From positions 1,312,001-1,376,000 of the forward strand of contig OZ240241.1 in NCBI GenBank assembly GCA_965198115.1: a stretch of DNA of 64,000 nucleotides. The letters are read 5' to 3'. How positions within the stretch are numbered: the stretch's first letter is position 1; every line of letters begins with the position of its first letter. This stretch comes from Candidatus Latescibacterota bacterium. Lineage in GTDB: Bacteria > Latescibacterota > UBA2968. Below the pieces are notes generated by a model. That model was not told the origin of the DNA. It searched no databases and worked only from the letters and a program-made list of their open reading frames with translations. The position numbers and the translations under genes were made by a program. Shown here piece by piece: positions 10,275 through 20,509 of the stretch.

Positions 10275-11522
10275 ATGGAGAAGCTATTTGCAGGGGATGG
10301 CGAAGTCAAGGTTGGGTCAGACGTTATGGATTTGGAGACGCGTTTATCGGTGATCCGGGCGCTGATTCCGCTGGGTCTGGAGGCCGTTGCCGACGTGCTC
10401 CAGCAGGAGGTGGAGCAGCTCGCAGGCGTTCGGTATGCGCGTAAGGGTTCAGAGCAGTCGCATCGTCGATGGGGAAGCCAGAAAGGGTCCGTGTATCTGA
10501 TGGACCAGAAGCTGCCGATGGCCGTTCCCCGTGTGCGCGACGTCGAGTCCGATACGGAGGTTTCTCTGGCCGCATACCGGGGGATGCAGAGGCCCAGAGC
10601 GATGGATGAGAAGCTGCTGCTTCGTGTGCTCAAGGGAATCTCCTGTCGCAACTACAGAGCCTGTGCAGAGTCGGTACCCGAAGCGTTCGGAATCTCGGCA
10701 TCCTCCGTCTCGCGACGGTTCATCAAAGCCACCGCAAAGAAGCTGAAGCAGTTCCAGGAACGACCGCTCGACGACTACGACTTGGTCGCCCTGTTCATCG
10801 ACGGAAAGAGCTTTGCCGACGAAGAGATCGTGATCGCTCCGGGCGTCACGACGGACGGCCAGAAGATCCCCCTGGGCTTCGTCGAATCGGCGACGGAGAA
10901 CGAACGGATCTGCCGTCAGCTGATCCAGGATCTCATCCGGAGAGGCCTGTGCTACGACCAGGGCCTTCTCGTTGTGCTGGACGGCTCAAAGGGACTCCGC
11001 AGTGCCGTCACCAAAGCCCTCAAAGGGGATGTGTGCGTGCATCGCTGTCAGTGGCACAAGCGCGAGAACGTCGTCAGCTACCTCCCGGAGGCAGAACGTC
11101 CAAGAGTTCGACGGAAACTTCAGAAAGCCTATGACTGCGACACCTACGAGGAGGCAAAGGCCGCACTCGAATCACTCAAACCCGAACTCAAGCTGATGAA
11201 TCAGTCTGCCGTGGCAAGCCTCGAGGAAGGACTGGAGGAAACCCTGACCCTCCACCGGCTGGGGATGCTCCCGTTCTTGAAGCGAAGCTTCCGAACCACC
11301 AATTGCATCGAGGCGCTCAACAGCATGACCGGCAACCTGATACGGAAGGTCAACCGCTGGAACAACTCTCCTCAGCGACACAGATGGGTCGCGGCCGCAC
11401 TCCTCGACATCGAACCACGCCTGCGACGCGTGAGCGGATACAAACACCTCCCGCTGCTCAGGCAAGCACTGAAAAACAACCTGAATCTCGGCGACAATCA
11501 AGATGCTCGGCAGAGAGCATGA
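10275..11522 (+). CDS. IS256-family (Mutator-like) transposase
   Basis: LFIDGK, VLDGSKGL, RCQWHKREN and RTTNCIE motifs. Confidence 0.93.
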   Translation: MEKLFAGDGEVKVGSDVMDLETRLSVIRALIPLGLEAVADVLQQEVEQLAGVRYARKGSEQSHRRWGSQKGSVYLMDQKLPMAVPRVRDVESDTEVSLAAYRGMQRPRAMDEKLLLRVLKGISCRNYRACAESVPEAFGISASSVSRRFIKATAKKLKQFQERPLDDYDLVALFIDGKSFADEEIVIAPGVTTDGQKIPLGFVESATENERICRQLIQDLIRRGLCYDQGLLVVLDGSKGLRSAVTKALKGDVCVHRCQWHKRENVVSYLPEAERPRVRRKLQKAYDCDTYEEAKAALESLKPELKLMNQSAVASLEEGLEETLTLHRLGMLPFLKRSFRTTNCIEALNSMTGNLIRKVNRWNNSPQRHRWVAAALLDIEPRLRRVSGYKHLPLLRQALKNNLNLGDNQDARQRA

Positions 11523-11567
11523 ATACCACGGAGCCCGATGAGTTTCAACTGACTATGGGACTTGACC

Positions 11568-12653
11568 AAAGAAATCGTTGTATTGAGTGATCCAGTGGCT
11601 TTTGATTTCTCCGATCAGATTCTTCCAGAATCCCCGAAGGTAGAGATCGGGCCTTTCAAGAACGATCTCATACCCCAACGTGCCGCACGCGACGTTTGCT
11701 TGAGGAAGTCCCCCGTACTGATCGATCGCGAAGTGCCACGACTTGGACCACTTCTCCATTGGCGAAGGAACGGCCGGCCACGTCTCCTGGATCTGCTTTC
11801 GAAGCTCTTGGTAGGGACCTTCGGCGTTCAGAGCCTCGTGCGCCTCAGGACTTCTGGCGGCCACCAAAAGAATGACTGCCCGACCCACAGGCGAGAGGCC
11901 GAAGAAAGACTGAATGCGGTAGTTGATCGCACTCCAGCTTCCATAGAGCACCAGTACCGGTACGACAAAGGAGATACTCCTCACGACCCTTCGGTGCGAT
12001 GGACTGCTAAGCAGGAGCCAGAGTAGCCCTATCGCAGGCATAAGGGCCTATGCCGGCCGAACGAGACCGGCATAGGCTCCGGCGGCGCCTGCCCACGCCG
12101 CCGTCTTCCAGCCATTTCCATCGTCTCTCTGTAACTTCCCACACAGATACAGCATGAGTAGGTCGAAGAATACGCCAACGGTCTCTGCGAGAAACGAATT
12201 CGCCATGGAATTCGGCATCAGGTCGATACCATAGAGCACGGCGGTCAGACCCGCGACCCATTTCGAAGCACAAAGAAGGTATACCGTTCGGTAGGCGAAG
12301 TATGCGGTAAGGACTGTGAGTGCGTGCTGGAAAACAACGATGAGTATCGCGGTGGGTTCTCGTCCTTGAGCGATCAGTGTGGCAACCGAGACGCTCCGGG
12401 GCAGATCCGCGTCGCCGCCTGTAACGATGGCCAGAAGAGCGAGGACCATCGGATAGCCCGGTGTACGAAAGTTGATCCGATTCGAACTCAGTTCGCCCTC
12501 AAGAATACCATTAGCGAACTTGGTGTAGGGTTCGAATCCGGTGTCGCTTATGGGGACGAATAAAGTCCAGGCCAGCTGCCAGCACAGGATCGCAGCAATG
12601 CCCACACGCCACAAGACCTGCGCAGCGCTAATCTGATCCTTAGTGGCTCCCAT
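11568..12653 (-). pseudogene. Polytopic membrane protein (GT-C/ArnT-like glycosyltransferase), with a nonsense codon and truncated by IS256
   Basis: RTPGYPMVLA, LAET and LVRPA motifs with many TM segments. In-frame TAG at 12048-12050. The 3' end abuts the IS256 right IR. Confidence 0.65.
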
Positions 12654-12672
12654 CTGTTAGTGGCTCCCATCT
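12640..12672. repeat. Tandem duplication TTAGTGGCTCCCATCT x2 (17-bp period)
   Basis: Copies at 12640-12655 and 12657-12672, at the junction between FkbM and the membrane gene. Confidence 0.85.
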
Positions 12673-13523
12673 CATCTTGGCAGGAGGATCCCGTTTATGG
12701 ATCCGTTCTTCGGTATGTGAGCGGAAATAAACCCTTCAGTAAGTTCGATATTGGCCATGTTTCTTTCGTCGACTAAGCGATAGCCTATGAACCTGATCGC
12801 CGAGATGAACTCGGCAAGGCCATATCCATATTCCCTGAACGAACGGGGACATATCTCGCAGATGATTGCAGGCCGAAACCTCCTCACCGATTCGGCGGCC
12901 CCCTGGAGAACCTCCAACTCGAAGCCGTCTACATCAATCTTGATAAGATCGACACGACCAATGGTGTTACGCTTGATGAAGCCATCGACGGTATCAGCTG
13001 CCGCACCATCAGCGCGCTTGAGACGGCCACCGTGATCCGGATGCGTGCTGCAGGGAGTTCGCTTAAGGTCCCAGCTAGCATGGAATCCTGTTTGGGACAG
13101 CACGCGCCCATCAGCGTTCATGTATGCCTGCACCAGCGTGATGATCTGACCAAAGGCAGGATTCAACTCGATGCTGCTTCTCGCCCTGTCCATGGCGTAA
13201 CTCGTTGGCTCGAATGCGTAGACTTTCCCGCCCTGGCCTACCTGTTTGGCCATCTGCAAAGCGAACAAACCGACATTGGCTCCAATGTCGAAGGCTATGT
13301 CGCCCGGTGCAAGGAGGTCGACTACCCTCTGCAGCGTGCGGCGCTCGTAAATACCCAGGTAAAAAGCGAGGTCGATTCCCTCAGCGAGATCTAGCGCATA
13401 GTGGATACCGTTCCTCGAAATGGCGACCCGATCCTGGAGACCCGAAATCGCCCTTGGTACGCTAATCGCGCTGTACAGGAGTCTGGCAAGGCGCAGCTTC
13501 TTCTTCGTGCTGAGCCGCAACAT
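12672..13523 (-). CDS. FkbM-family SAM-dependent methyltransferase
   Basis: FDIGANVG, VYAFEP and LIKIDVDGFELEVLQGA motifs. Confidence 0.9.
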   Translation of the reverse strand: MLRLSTKKKLRLARLLYSAISVPRAISGLQDRVAISRNGIHYALDLAEGIDLAFYLGIYERRTLQRVVDLLAPGDIAFDIGANVGLFALQMAKQVGQGGKVYAFEPTSYAMDRARSSIELNPAFGQIITLVQAYMNADGRVLSQTGFHASWDLKRTPCSTHPDHGGRLKRADGAAADTVDGFIKRNTIGRVDLIKIDVDGFELEVLQGAAESVRRFRPAIICEICPRSFREYGYGLAEFISAIRFIGYRLVDERNMANIELTEGFISAHIPKNGSINGILLPR

Positions 13524-15087
13524 CAGGTGATACCTGGACCCGACTGCTGTTGTGCGACAAAGCTCCCGATCCCCAGTACATCGAAACCCGTGCGCTGAAA
13601 GCAGGCGATCGCTTCCTTCGGGTGCATCACGATCGGTTCGTTCTCGTTGAAGGACGTGTTGAGCAAGACGGGAACGCCGGTCAGCAGTCGGAATTCCTCG
13701 ATGAGGTGCCAGAAGGTCGGATTCGCATCCCTCCGTACCACCTGTACTCTGGCCGTACCGTCCTTGTGTGTGACGGCGGGAATCACTCCCCTCTTGTCCG
13801 ACTTGACGTTGGACGTGATTACCATGTAGGACGAGTCGCCCACCAGCTCAAAGTAATCATCCGCGTATTCCGATAATACCGCGGGAGCGAATGGTCGAAA
13901 CCACTCACGCTTCTTGATTCGGAGATTAAGGACCTCCCGTACGCCTGCATCTCTGGGGTCAGCCAGAATGCTCCGGTTTCCAAGTGCCCTAGGTCCGCAC
14001 TCCATCCTTCCCTGGAACCATCCAGCGATCTTTCCCTCGGCAATGAAGGCAGCCACTTCCCTGGCGACGTTCGATGAACGGTGATAGTGGATGCCGGCGC
14101 AGTTTAAATCACGCTCGATTTCATTGTCTGAGTAGTGTGGACCCAGGTAGACACCATCGAACACGTGCTCCCGAGGCAACCCTTTCAAACTGTGAGTGTA
14201 GTAGAGAGCGCTGCCTAGAGATGTCCCAGCGTCGTGTGCGAGGGGCTGAATAAAGATCTGCCTGACCCCCCCCTCTTCCGCAAGCTTCTGGTTCATCAGG
14301 CAGTTAAGAGCGACACCGCCCGCCACGACAAGGTTGTTGGCGCCTGTTTCCTCGCGCAGCCACTTGGCTGTTTTCAGGACTACATCCTCCGTGACCCTCT
14401 GAACAGCAAACGCGATGTCGCACGCCCTCTGATTTACATCTTCATTCTTCGCCCGACTGGGGCCGAATCTGTTGACGAACGCCTCGGAATGCCAACGACT
14501 GCGGCCGTGAGTATGGAAGGAGAAGTACTTGAGATCCAACCGCAGGCTACCATCCGGGCACAAGTGAACCAATTCCTTGAAGTCATCGTAGAATCGGTCG
14601 CTACCATAGGCGGACAGTCCCATCACTTTCCATTCATCGTGAAAAGGCCTGAAGCCCAGGTAATCAGTCATGACCTCCGGCAAAGCCGGAGGCTTGAAAA
14701 CTTGTGAACCGCTCAAAGCGGTTGGAAACCAAGCGCCACCTAAAGGTGGCGATTACCTGAAAATGTTGAGCTGGTCGAGACTCAGGTCCTCCCGCTCCTG
14801 GTTCTGGATATACTCCCGAACCGTCTGTTCATCCTTGCCAACGGTGGAGACCCAGTAGCCTCTTGCCCAGAAATGCTGCCCGGTGAAGTTCGACCTGCGT
14901 CCCAGATAGTTCCGAGCAATGTGAATCGCACTCTTTCCTTTGATGAACCCTACCGTCTGAGCTACTGAGTGCTTCGGCGGGATCGAAATCAACGTGTGCA
15001 CATGGTCGGATCGCAGGTGACCCTCTTCCACACGGCATTCCTTCTGTGCGGCCAGATCCCGAATCACCTCGCCCAGATAGCGACGAA

Positions 15088-16475
15088 GGTGTTGTGCCTA
15101 TCGTAGTTGAAACTTAGAGGGCTCCAAACTTACGTTGGGTAGACGTGTAGGAGCGTATACCCGTAAGAAAGGAGCCCAGATGGAGAAGCTATTTGTAGGC
15201 GATGGTGAAGTCAAGGTTGAGGGCGATGTCATCGATTTGGAGACGCGTTTGTCGGTGATCCAGGCGTTGATCCCGTTGGGTCTGGAGGCAGTGGCAGACC
15301 TCCTCCAGCAGGAGGTCGAGCAGCTCGCAGGCGTTCGGTATGCGCGCAAAGGTTCGGAGCAGGCGCATCGTCGGTGGGGAAGCCAGAAGGGATCCGTGTA
15401 TCTGATGGACCAGAAGCTCCCGTTAGACGTTCCCCGGGTGCGCGACGTCGAGGCCGACGCAGAGGTTTCCCTGGCTGCATACCGGGCTCTACAGACGCCC
15501 AAGAAGACGGACGAGGGGCTGTTGCTTCGTGTTCTCAAGGGGATCTCGTGCCGCAACTACAAGGCCTGTGCCGAATCGGTTCCAGAAGCGTTTGGTATCT
15601 CAGCGTCCTCCGTCTCGCGGCGGTTCATCAAAGCCACCGCGAAGAAGCTGAAGCAGTTCCAGGAGCGTCCCCTCGACGACTACGGCTTCGTGACCCTGTT
15701 CATTGACGGAAAGAGCTTTGCCGACGAAGAGATCGTGATCGCTCCGGGGGTCACGATGGACGGCCAGAAGATCCCCCTGGGCTTCGTCGAATCGGCGACG
15801 GAGAACGAACGGATCTGCCGCCAGCTGATCCAGGACCTCATCCGGAGAGGCCTGTGCTACGACCAGGGCCTTCTCGTTGTGCTTGACGGCTCAAAGGGAC
15901 TCCGCAGTGCTGTCACCAAAGCCCTCAAAGGGTATGTGCGCGTTCATCGCTGTCAGTGGCACAAGCGCGAGAATGTCGTCAGCTATCTCCCGGAGAGGGA
16001 ACGTCCAAGAGTTCGACGGAAGCTCCAGAAAGCCTATGACTGCGACACCTACGAGGAGGCAAAGGCCGCACTCGAATCACTTAAACCCGAACTGAAGCTG
16101 ATGAATCAGTCTGCCGTAACGAGCCTCGAGGAAGGCCTGGAGGAAACCCTGACCCTCCACCGGCTGGGTATGCTCCCATTCTTGAAACGAAGCTTCCGAA
16201 CCACCAACTGCATCGAAGCCCTCAACAGCAGGACCGGCGAGCTCACTCGGAAGGTCAGACGCTGGAACAACTCTCCCCAGAGACACAGATGGGTGGCTGC
16301 CGCACTCCTCGACATCGAACCTCGCCTGCGACGCGTGAGCGGATACAAACATCTTCCCCTACTCAGGCAAGCACTGAACAAAGATCTGAATCTCGACAAC
16401 GAACAGAATGCTCAAAAGAGAGCCTGACCAAACTACGGGGCCCGATGAGTTTTCAACTGACTATGGGACTTGACC
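15088..16475 (+). mobile_element. IS256-family element, type A copy 2 (1388 bp)
   Basis: 28-bp imperfect IRs and an 8-bp target duplication GCGACGAA at 15080-15087 and 16476-16483. Confidence 0.93.
15180..16427 (+). CDS. IS256-family transposase
   Basis: Close isoform of 10275..11522. ATG follows an AGGAG RBS. Confidence 0.93.
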   Translation: MEKLFVGDGEVKVEGDVIDLETRLSVIQALIPLGLEAVADLLQQEVEQLAGVRYARKGSEQAHRRWGSQKGSVYLMDQKLPLDVPRVRDVEADAEVSLAAYRALQTPKKTDEGLLLRVLKGISCRNYKACAESVPEAFGISASSVSRRFIKATAKKLKQFQERPLDDYGFVTLFIDGKSFADEEIVIAPGVTMDGQKIPLGFVESATENERICRQLIQDLIRRGLCYDQGLLVVLDGSKGLRSAVTKALKGYVRVHRCQWHKRENVVSYLPERERPRVRRKLQKAYDCDTYEEAKAALESLKPELKLMNQSAVTSLEEGLEETLTLHRLGMLPFLKRSFRTTNCIEALNSRTGELTRKVRRWNNSPQRHRWVAAALLDIEPRLRRVSGYKHLPLLRQALNKDLNLDNEQNAQKRA

Positions 16476-16590
16476 GCGACGAATTTCACCATACAACACT
16501 TTTCTACGATACTTCCGAACCCAAACAACGTCATACTTGCACTCCCAAACCGTGTGACGTAGACTCCTTACGTTGTTCATTAGAGAGCCT

Positions 16591-17964
16591 GAGCTCAGGT
16601 CAATAGGTGTGTAAAAGAAATCAGGCGGCCATCTTCCCGGCTTCGACCTGCGGTTCGGTTGAGTGTTTCTGATCGTAGACTTGTTGTAGCAAGTGTGGCG
16701 CGGTGAGTTTCCTGAATCGGCTCTCTGCGACCTTGAGCGTACGCCAGATGAGAGTCGTGGCGTTCCTGACTTTCTTGAATCGCCTGGCGGCGTTTGTGCG
16801 AAGCCGAACGGAAGCAAAGGGGCTCTCGACGACGTTCGTGGTTCTCAGGTGTTTCCAGTGTTCCTTCGGGAAGTCGTAGAACGTGACCATCCGATCCCAG
16901 TCTCTTTCGAGCGTCTCCACGGCGGCAGGGAACTGTGAGCGATACCGTGCGGCAAAGCGTTTCCGGAGCTTCTCGGCCTCCTTTTTCGTGCCGGCATAGG
17001 GGATCTGGACGAGCAGTGCGCGGGCTTCAGCCTGTGCACGCTTGGCGACCTTGTCGAGCACGTTGAGGATCTTGTGGTTCCAGCACCGTTGTTGCCGGCT
17101 CTCTGGCCAGACCTGATCAACGGCCGCCCAGATGCCCATATTCCCGTCCGCGGCGATCAGGACAGGATGTTCGAGCCCGCGATCCCGGAGATCCCGGAGC
17201 ACCGTGAGCCAGGATTCTGTAGACTCTCGATAACCGGGTTCTATCGCCAGGATCTCCTTGCTGCCGTCGCTCATCGCGCCGATCACGACCAGCAGACACG
17301 CCTTCTCGCGCTCGAGCCCGGCTTTGACGTAGATGCCATCAGCCCAGGCGTAGACCAGTTCGCGATTATCCAGACGCCTTTCTTTCCAGTCCTGGAAGTC
17401 GACCTCCCACTTCCCTCGAAGACGAGCGATCGAGGTCGGCGAAAGCGGCGCGCCATCACCGAGCAGCGCACGCAAAGACAACTCGAAGTCGCCCTGGGAG
17501 AGACCGTGGAGATAAAGGTCGGGAAGCAGATCTCCAATGGCCCTGGTTCTCCGGGCGAACAGGGGGAGGATGCGGCTTTCAAACCGCTCTTCCAGACCAC
17601 GAACCCGGGGACGCCGGACCTTGATCGTTCCGCAGCTCGTCGAGAGACGCCGGGGCTTGCCGTAGCCGTTCCTGTAGCCCCTGGAGCTATCGACCTCGGC
17701 TCGGCGCTCATACCACGACCGGCCCAAGAACGCGGTCGCCTCCTCCTCCAGAATGGACTGGAACCGGCCCTGGATCTCTTCACGGATCCAATCGTCAACC
17801 GTCTCCCACGTCGGCATGGACTTCAATGGGGCTCTATGCGTATGTTCCTTCACGGCGATCCTCCTTCCCAACCGGGCCTCTCACCCGGTTTTGTGTGAAT
17901 CAACTATCTCACGGGAAGGGTAGGGTCGCCCTTTCTCTTTTTCCACACCTTTTGATTATAGCTC
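16591..17964 (-). mobile_element. IS256-family element, type B copy 1 (1374 bp)
   Basis: IRs GAGCTCAGGTCAATAGGTGTG / CACACCTTTTGATTATAGCTC. 8-bp target duplication GAGAGCCT at 16583-16590 and 17965-17972. Confidence 0.93.
16621..17853 (-). CDS. IS256-family transposase
   Basis: GYRNGY, WADGIY, QQRCWNHK and LRTTNVVESPF motifs. Confidence 0.93.
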   Translation of the reverse strand: MKEHTHRAPLKSMPTWETVDDWIREEIQGRFQSILEEEATAFLGRSWYERRAEVDSSRGYRNGYGKPRRLSTSCGTIKVRRPRVRGLEERFESRILPLFARRTRAIGDLLPDLYLHGLSQGDFELSLRALLGDGAPLSPTSIARLRGKWEVDFQDWKERRLDNRELVYAWADGIYVKAGLEREKACLLVVIGAMSDGSKEILAIEPGYRESTESWLTVLRDLRDRGLEHPVLIAADGNMGIWAAVDQVWPESRQQRCWNHKILNVLDKVAKRAQAEARALLVQIPYAGTKKEAEKLRKRFAARYRSQFPAAVETLERDWDRMVTFYDFPKEHWKHLRTTNVVESPFASVRLRTNAARRFKKVRNATTLIWRTLKVAESRFRKLTAPHLLQQVYDQKHSTEPQVEAGKMAA

Positions 17965-18825
17965 GAGAGCCTTCCTTCCGTGTGCTTTGAGCGGTCCACG
18001 GCAAGGGAGGCTCTTACATATTTCTGGAACTGTCAAACTCTGGGAGTCTCCCCGGCAGAGCCGGGGGCTTACCAAGGTTTAGTTACATCAGCTACAGGTG
18101 ACCAAGTGAATGAGGGACGGCCCACCTTCTCAACTCTGTGATGGTGTTCCCGTTACCCGCTGCCATCAGTGCGGTCGATGACTCTCCTCGGCCATCCACC
18201 GTCAGAATCGCCGAGTTGTCGAATGGGGAAACATAGAAGCAAGATGCCGCGTGGCTGAGGTGATGGTCGACGAACCGGAAATCGATCGCAGAATCAATGC
18301 CCTCGATGCAGTTCAGAACGCGCTCTTTTACCCTGAGCATGGAAAGTATGCGGGATGGGAAACCCAGGTCGTCTGAACCGCTACCACCTGCCAGGAGTGA
18401 CAAGCTGCGAGGGAAGTGCTTCAGGAAGTGGGCTGCGTTTCCTGTCAGCTCGGTCCACGGATTCCAGAAGAATGTGATCGCCGATACTTCAGACGGGTGA
18501 ACGTCCGACACCGAGAAGACTTCCCTGATCGCACCCTCGGGGAATCGCCACGTATGCTTCTCTCTGTTGACCCTCTCTTCTTCTTCTACCAGGGCCAGAG
18601 CGATGCCATTCCTGACAATGCATGCCGATGCTTCGTGTGCATATGCAGACAGCCCGAGCACAACCATCTTGGGCCCTCACATCAATGACGGTTAAGCATC
18701 AGGGACGGCCCAGGGGTTGCGCCCCCGAAGGGATATTTCGTACGGTGTGGTGGTGAGGCGAGGAGAATTCGGGTGGTGGGCGGTTTAGGTCGCAGGTATA
18801 AAGACCTCTTGTGGTCTTCACCAAG

Positions 18826-19584
18826 TCACGCATACGTGGGAAACAATTTGTCCTTCTCCATCATCTGCTCGACCAGCATCAGGTCTTCGGGCGTATCGAC
18901 TGCGTGCGTCTCGAAAACGGTTTCGATCATCTTCACCCCATAGCCATGTTCGAGGCAGCGGTTCATATCGATCGATTCGGCGATTTCCAAGGGTGTCGGC
19001 TCGAGCTGAACGTACGTGAGCAGGAACTCGCGACGGAAGGGGATGATGCATACCTGTTTGTAGATGGGACTGTCGGAGTAGAACCCTTGAGCGCCGCGCG
19101 TGGTAGGAATCGCCTCTCGCGAGAAGTAGAGGGCGAATCCGTTACGATCCATCACGACCTTGACCGTGTTCGGGTCCTCGAACTCCTGTTGACTCCGGAT
19201 GCGCGCAGTCAAGTTCGAACAGACGATCGACTCGTCTTCGATGAGGGGATCGACGGCGAGATTGATCATGTCGGGATGCGTGAGCGGCTCGTCGCCCTGC
19301 ACCATGCAGACGATGTCGACGTCCAGCCTTTCCGTCGCTTCGGCGGTTCGATCGCTCGCCCGCTGGTGAGTGTCTGCGGTCATGATCGCTTTTCCACCGA
19401 ACGCCTCGACGGCATCCACGATCTCCTGATCGCAGGTAGCGATGTAAACACCATCGAGCCCGCTCGCCATAGCGACCCGCTTGTAGATGTGCTCGAGCAT
19501 CGTCAGTCCACGAATCTTCGCCAGGGGCTTGCCCGGAAAACGTGACGACCCCATCCTCGCAGGAATCACTGCGGCAGTCTTCAT
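18826..19584 (-). CDS. kdsB: KdsB-like (3-deoxy-manno-octulosonate-type) cytidylyltransferase
   Basis: VIPARMGSSRFPGKPL, VQGDEP, ALYFSREAIP and VDTPED motifs. The true substrate may differ from Kdo. Confidence 0.8.
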   Translation of the reverse strand: MKTAAVIPARMGSSRFPGKPLAKIRGLTMLEHIYKRVAMASGLDGVYIATCDQEIVDAVEAFGGKAIMTADTHQRASDRTAEATERLDVDIVCMVQGDEPLTHPDMINLAVDPLIEDESIVCSNLTARIRSQQEFEDPNTVKVVMDRNGFALYFSREAIPTTRGAQGFYSDSPIYKQVCIIPFRREFLLTYVQLEPTPLEIAESIDMNRCLEHGYGVKMIETVFETHAVDTPEDLMLVEQMMEKDKLFPTYA

Positions 19585-19609
19585 TCCACTCTCCCTTTTC
19601 AGCGGGGAC

Positions 19610-20509
19610 CTAAAGGACTACTTTGTCCCCGTAGTAGGCCTGCCACGCCTCGAAGTGCTTCTCACCCATAAGCGTTCCCTGAACGTCACACACGTTGCAG
19701 GGCTCGAATCCACGGTCGGCACACGCGAGCTTCTTGCGCACGAACGACAGCGCCTTTCCATTCCATACTTCGATCAGGGACTGTTCGTTCAGATTACCGG
19801 CACGGATCTTCTTTCCCCAATCGTGTGGGCATAGGAGGACAGAACCGTCCCAGTCGACGGTAATCTGGTAGTGTGGGTAGAAGCAGGGATGGCCCATGGG
19901 TTCATCGAGCTTGCCGACACCAAGATCCTCGATCTGTATGTTCCCCGCCCGGTTCGACATCGTCAGTCCAAACTGCTCTTCACGAGACAAGTAACGGACG
20001 CGCGTGATGAGCTGATCCTCGGTGAGCCCCGCTTCTTCCCTTATCGTGTCGAACGTTTCCTTCTGCTCCGGACCGTCATACATGCTCACCAGGAGCGTGT
20101 CCAGCCCGCTATCGAACAGGGAACGCGCGCGTTCTACCGTAAGGAAGTCCCCGTTCGTCACCGACTCGATGCGGGCGTCCGGACAGTGGGTTCGGAGCAG
20201 GCCGATGAGGGATTCCAGTTCCTTGTGCAGGAGGGGCTCGCCGAAGGCCGAGAACAGCGCCTTGCCCGCGTAGCCGAACGCTCCCAGTTGAACCGCGATC
20301 TTCTCCATCAGCTCGGGGCTCAGGAAGAGGTTTCGGTTGGGGTACACTTCTGGATCGACCCGGGGGCAGAACTCGCACGTCCTGTTGCAAAGCTCCGTTG
20401 GATTGAATTCGATGAGCGAGAAAGTGGGGACCCCCGAGATGTGATGTTGCACATCGAGATGCTCATCGATGATCGCGCTCTTCCGCTCGATGTTGGGGTC
20501 GATATTCAT
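19610..20509 (-). CDS. Radical SAM / SPASM domain protein
   Basis: CNRTCEFC (CxxxCxxC), GEPLLH, and SPASM-like CFYP...DGSVLLC...CNVC. The ATG overlaps the upstream stop. Confidence 0.88.
   Translation of the reverse strand: MNIDPNIERKSAIIDEHLDVQHHISGVPTFSLIEFNPTELCNRTCEFCPRVDPEVYPNRNLFLSPELMEKIAVQLGAFGYAGKALFSAFGEPLLHKELESLIGLLRTHCPDARIESVTNGDFLTVERARSLFDSGLDTLLVSMYDGPEQKETFDTIREEAGLTEDQLITRVRYLSREEQFGLTMSNRAGNIQIEDLGVGKLDEPMGHPCFYPHYQITVDWDGSVLLCPHDWGKKIRAGNLNEQSLIEVWNGKALSFVRKKLACADRGFEPCNVCDVQGTLMGEKHFEAWQAYYGDKVVL

Larger units (their letters stand above)
8622..11567 (+). mobile_element. IS256-family element, type A copy 1 (left inverted repeat interrupted by IS1182)
   Basis: The left IR reassembles as GGTGAGGTCCCTATCCTAGTTGAAACTT and the right IR is GAGTTTCAACTGACTATGGGACTTGACC. 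Net length is 1388 bp, the same as copy 2. No target duplication. Confidence 0.9.
14753..16580 (-). pseudogene. tnpA: Y1 HUH transposase TnpA, interrupted
   Basis: N-terminus MNNVRSLRHTVWECKY..KYRRK (16476-16580) continues as YLGEVIRDL..DHVH..FWARGY..EYIQNQ (14753-15087). Confidence 0.9.
14668..18086 (-). mobile_element. IS200-type element (IS200/IS605 family), ~640 bp net, carrying two IS256 insertions
   Basis: Subterminal hairpins CCTCCGGCAAAGCCGGAGG (14674-14692) and CCCCGGCAGAGCCGGGG (18050-18066). ATCAG lies at both junctions. Exact ends are uncertain by a few bp. Confidence 0.82.
13523..18667 (-). pseudogene. NodU/CmcH-type carbamoyltransferase split by a nested IS cluster
   Basis: N-terminal part 18092-18667 (HEASAC, EEERVNREKH, HHLSHAAS, VDGRGE, PHSLGHL). 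C-terminal part 13523-14667 (DYLGF, EWKVMGLS, GPRALGNRS, LNTSFN). Confidence 0.9.

Noticed and set aside
14668-18086. TnpB/IscB RNA-guided nuclease in the IS200/IS605 element
   Set aside because: After removing the nested IS256 copies only ~640 bp with tnpA remains, and there is no RuvC-type ORF.
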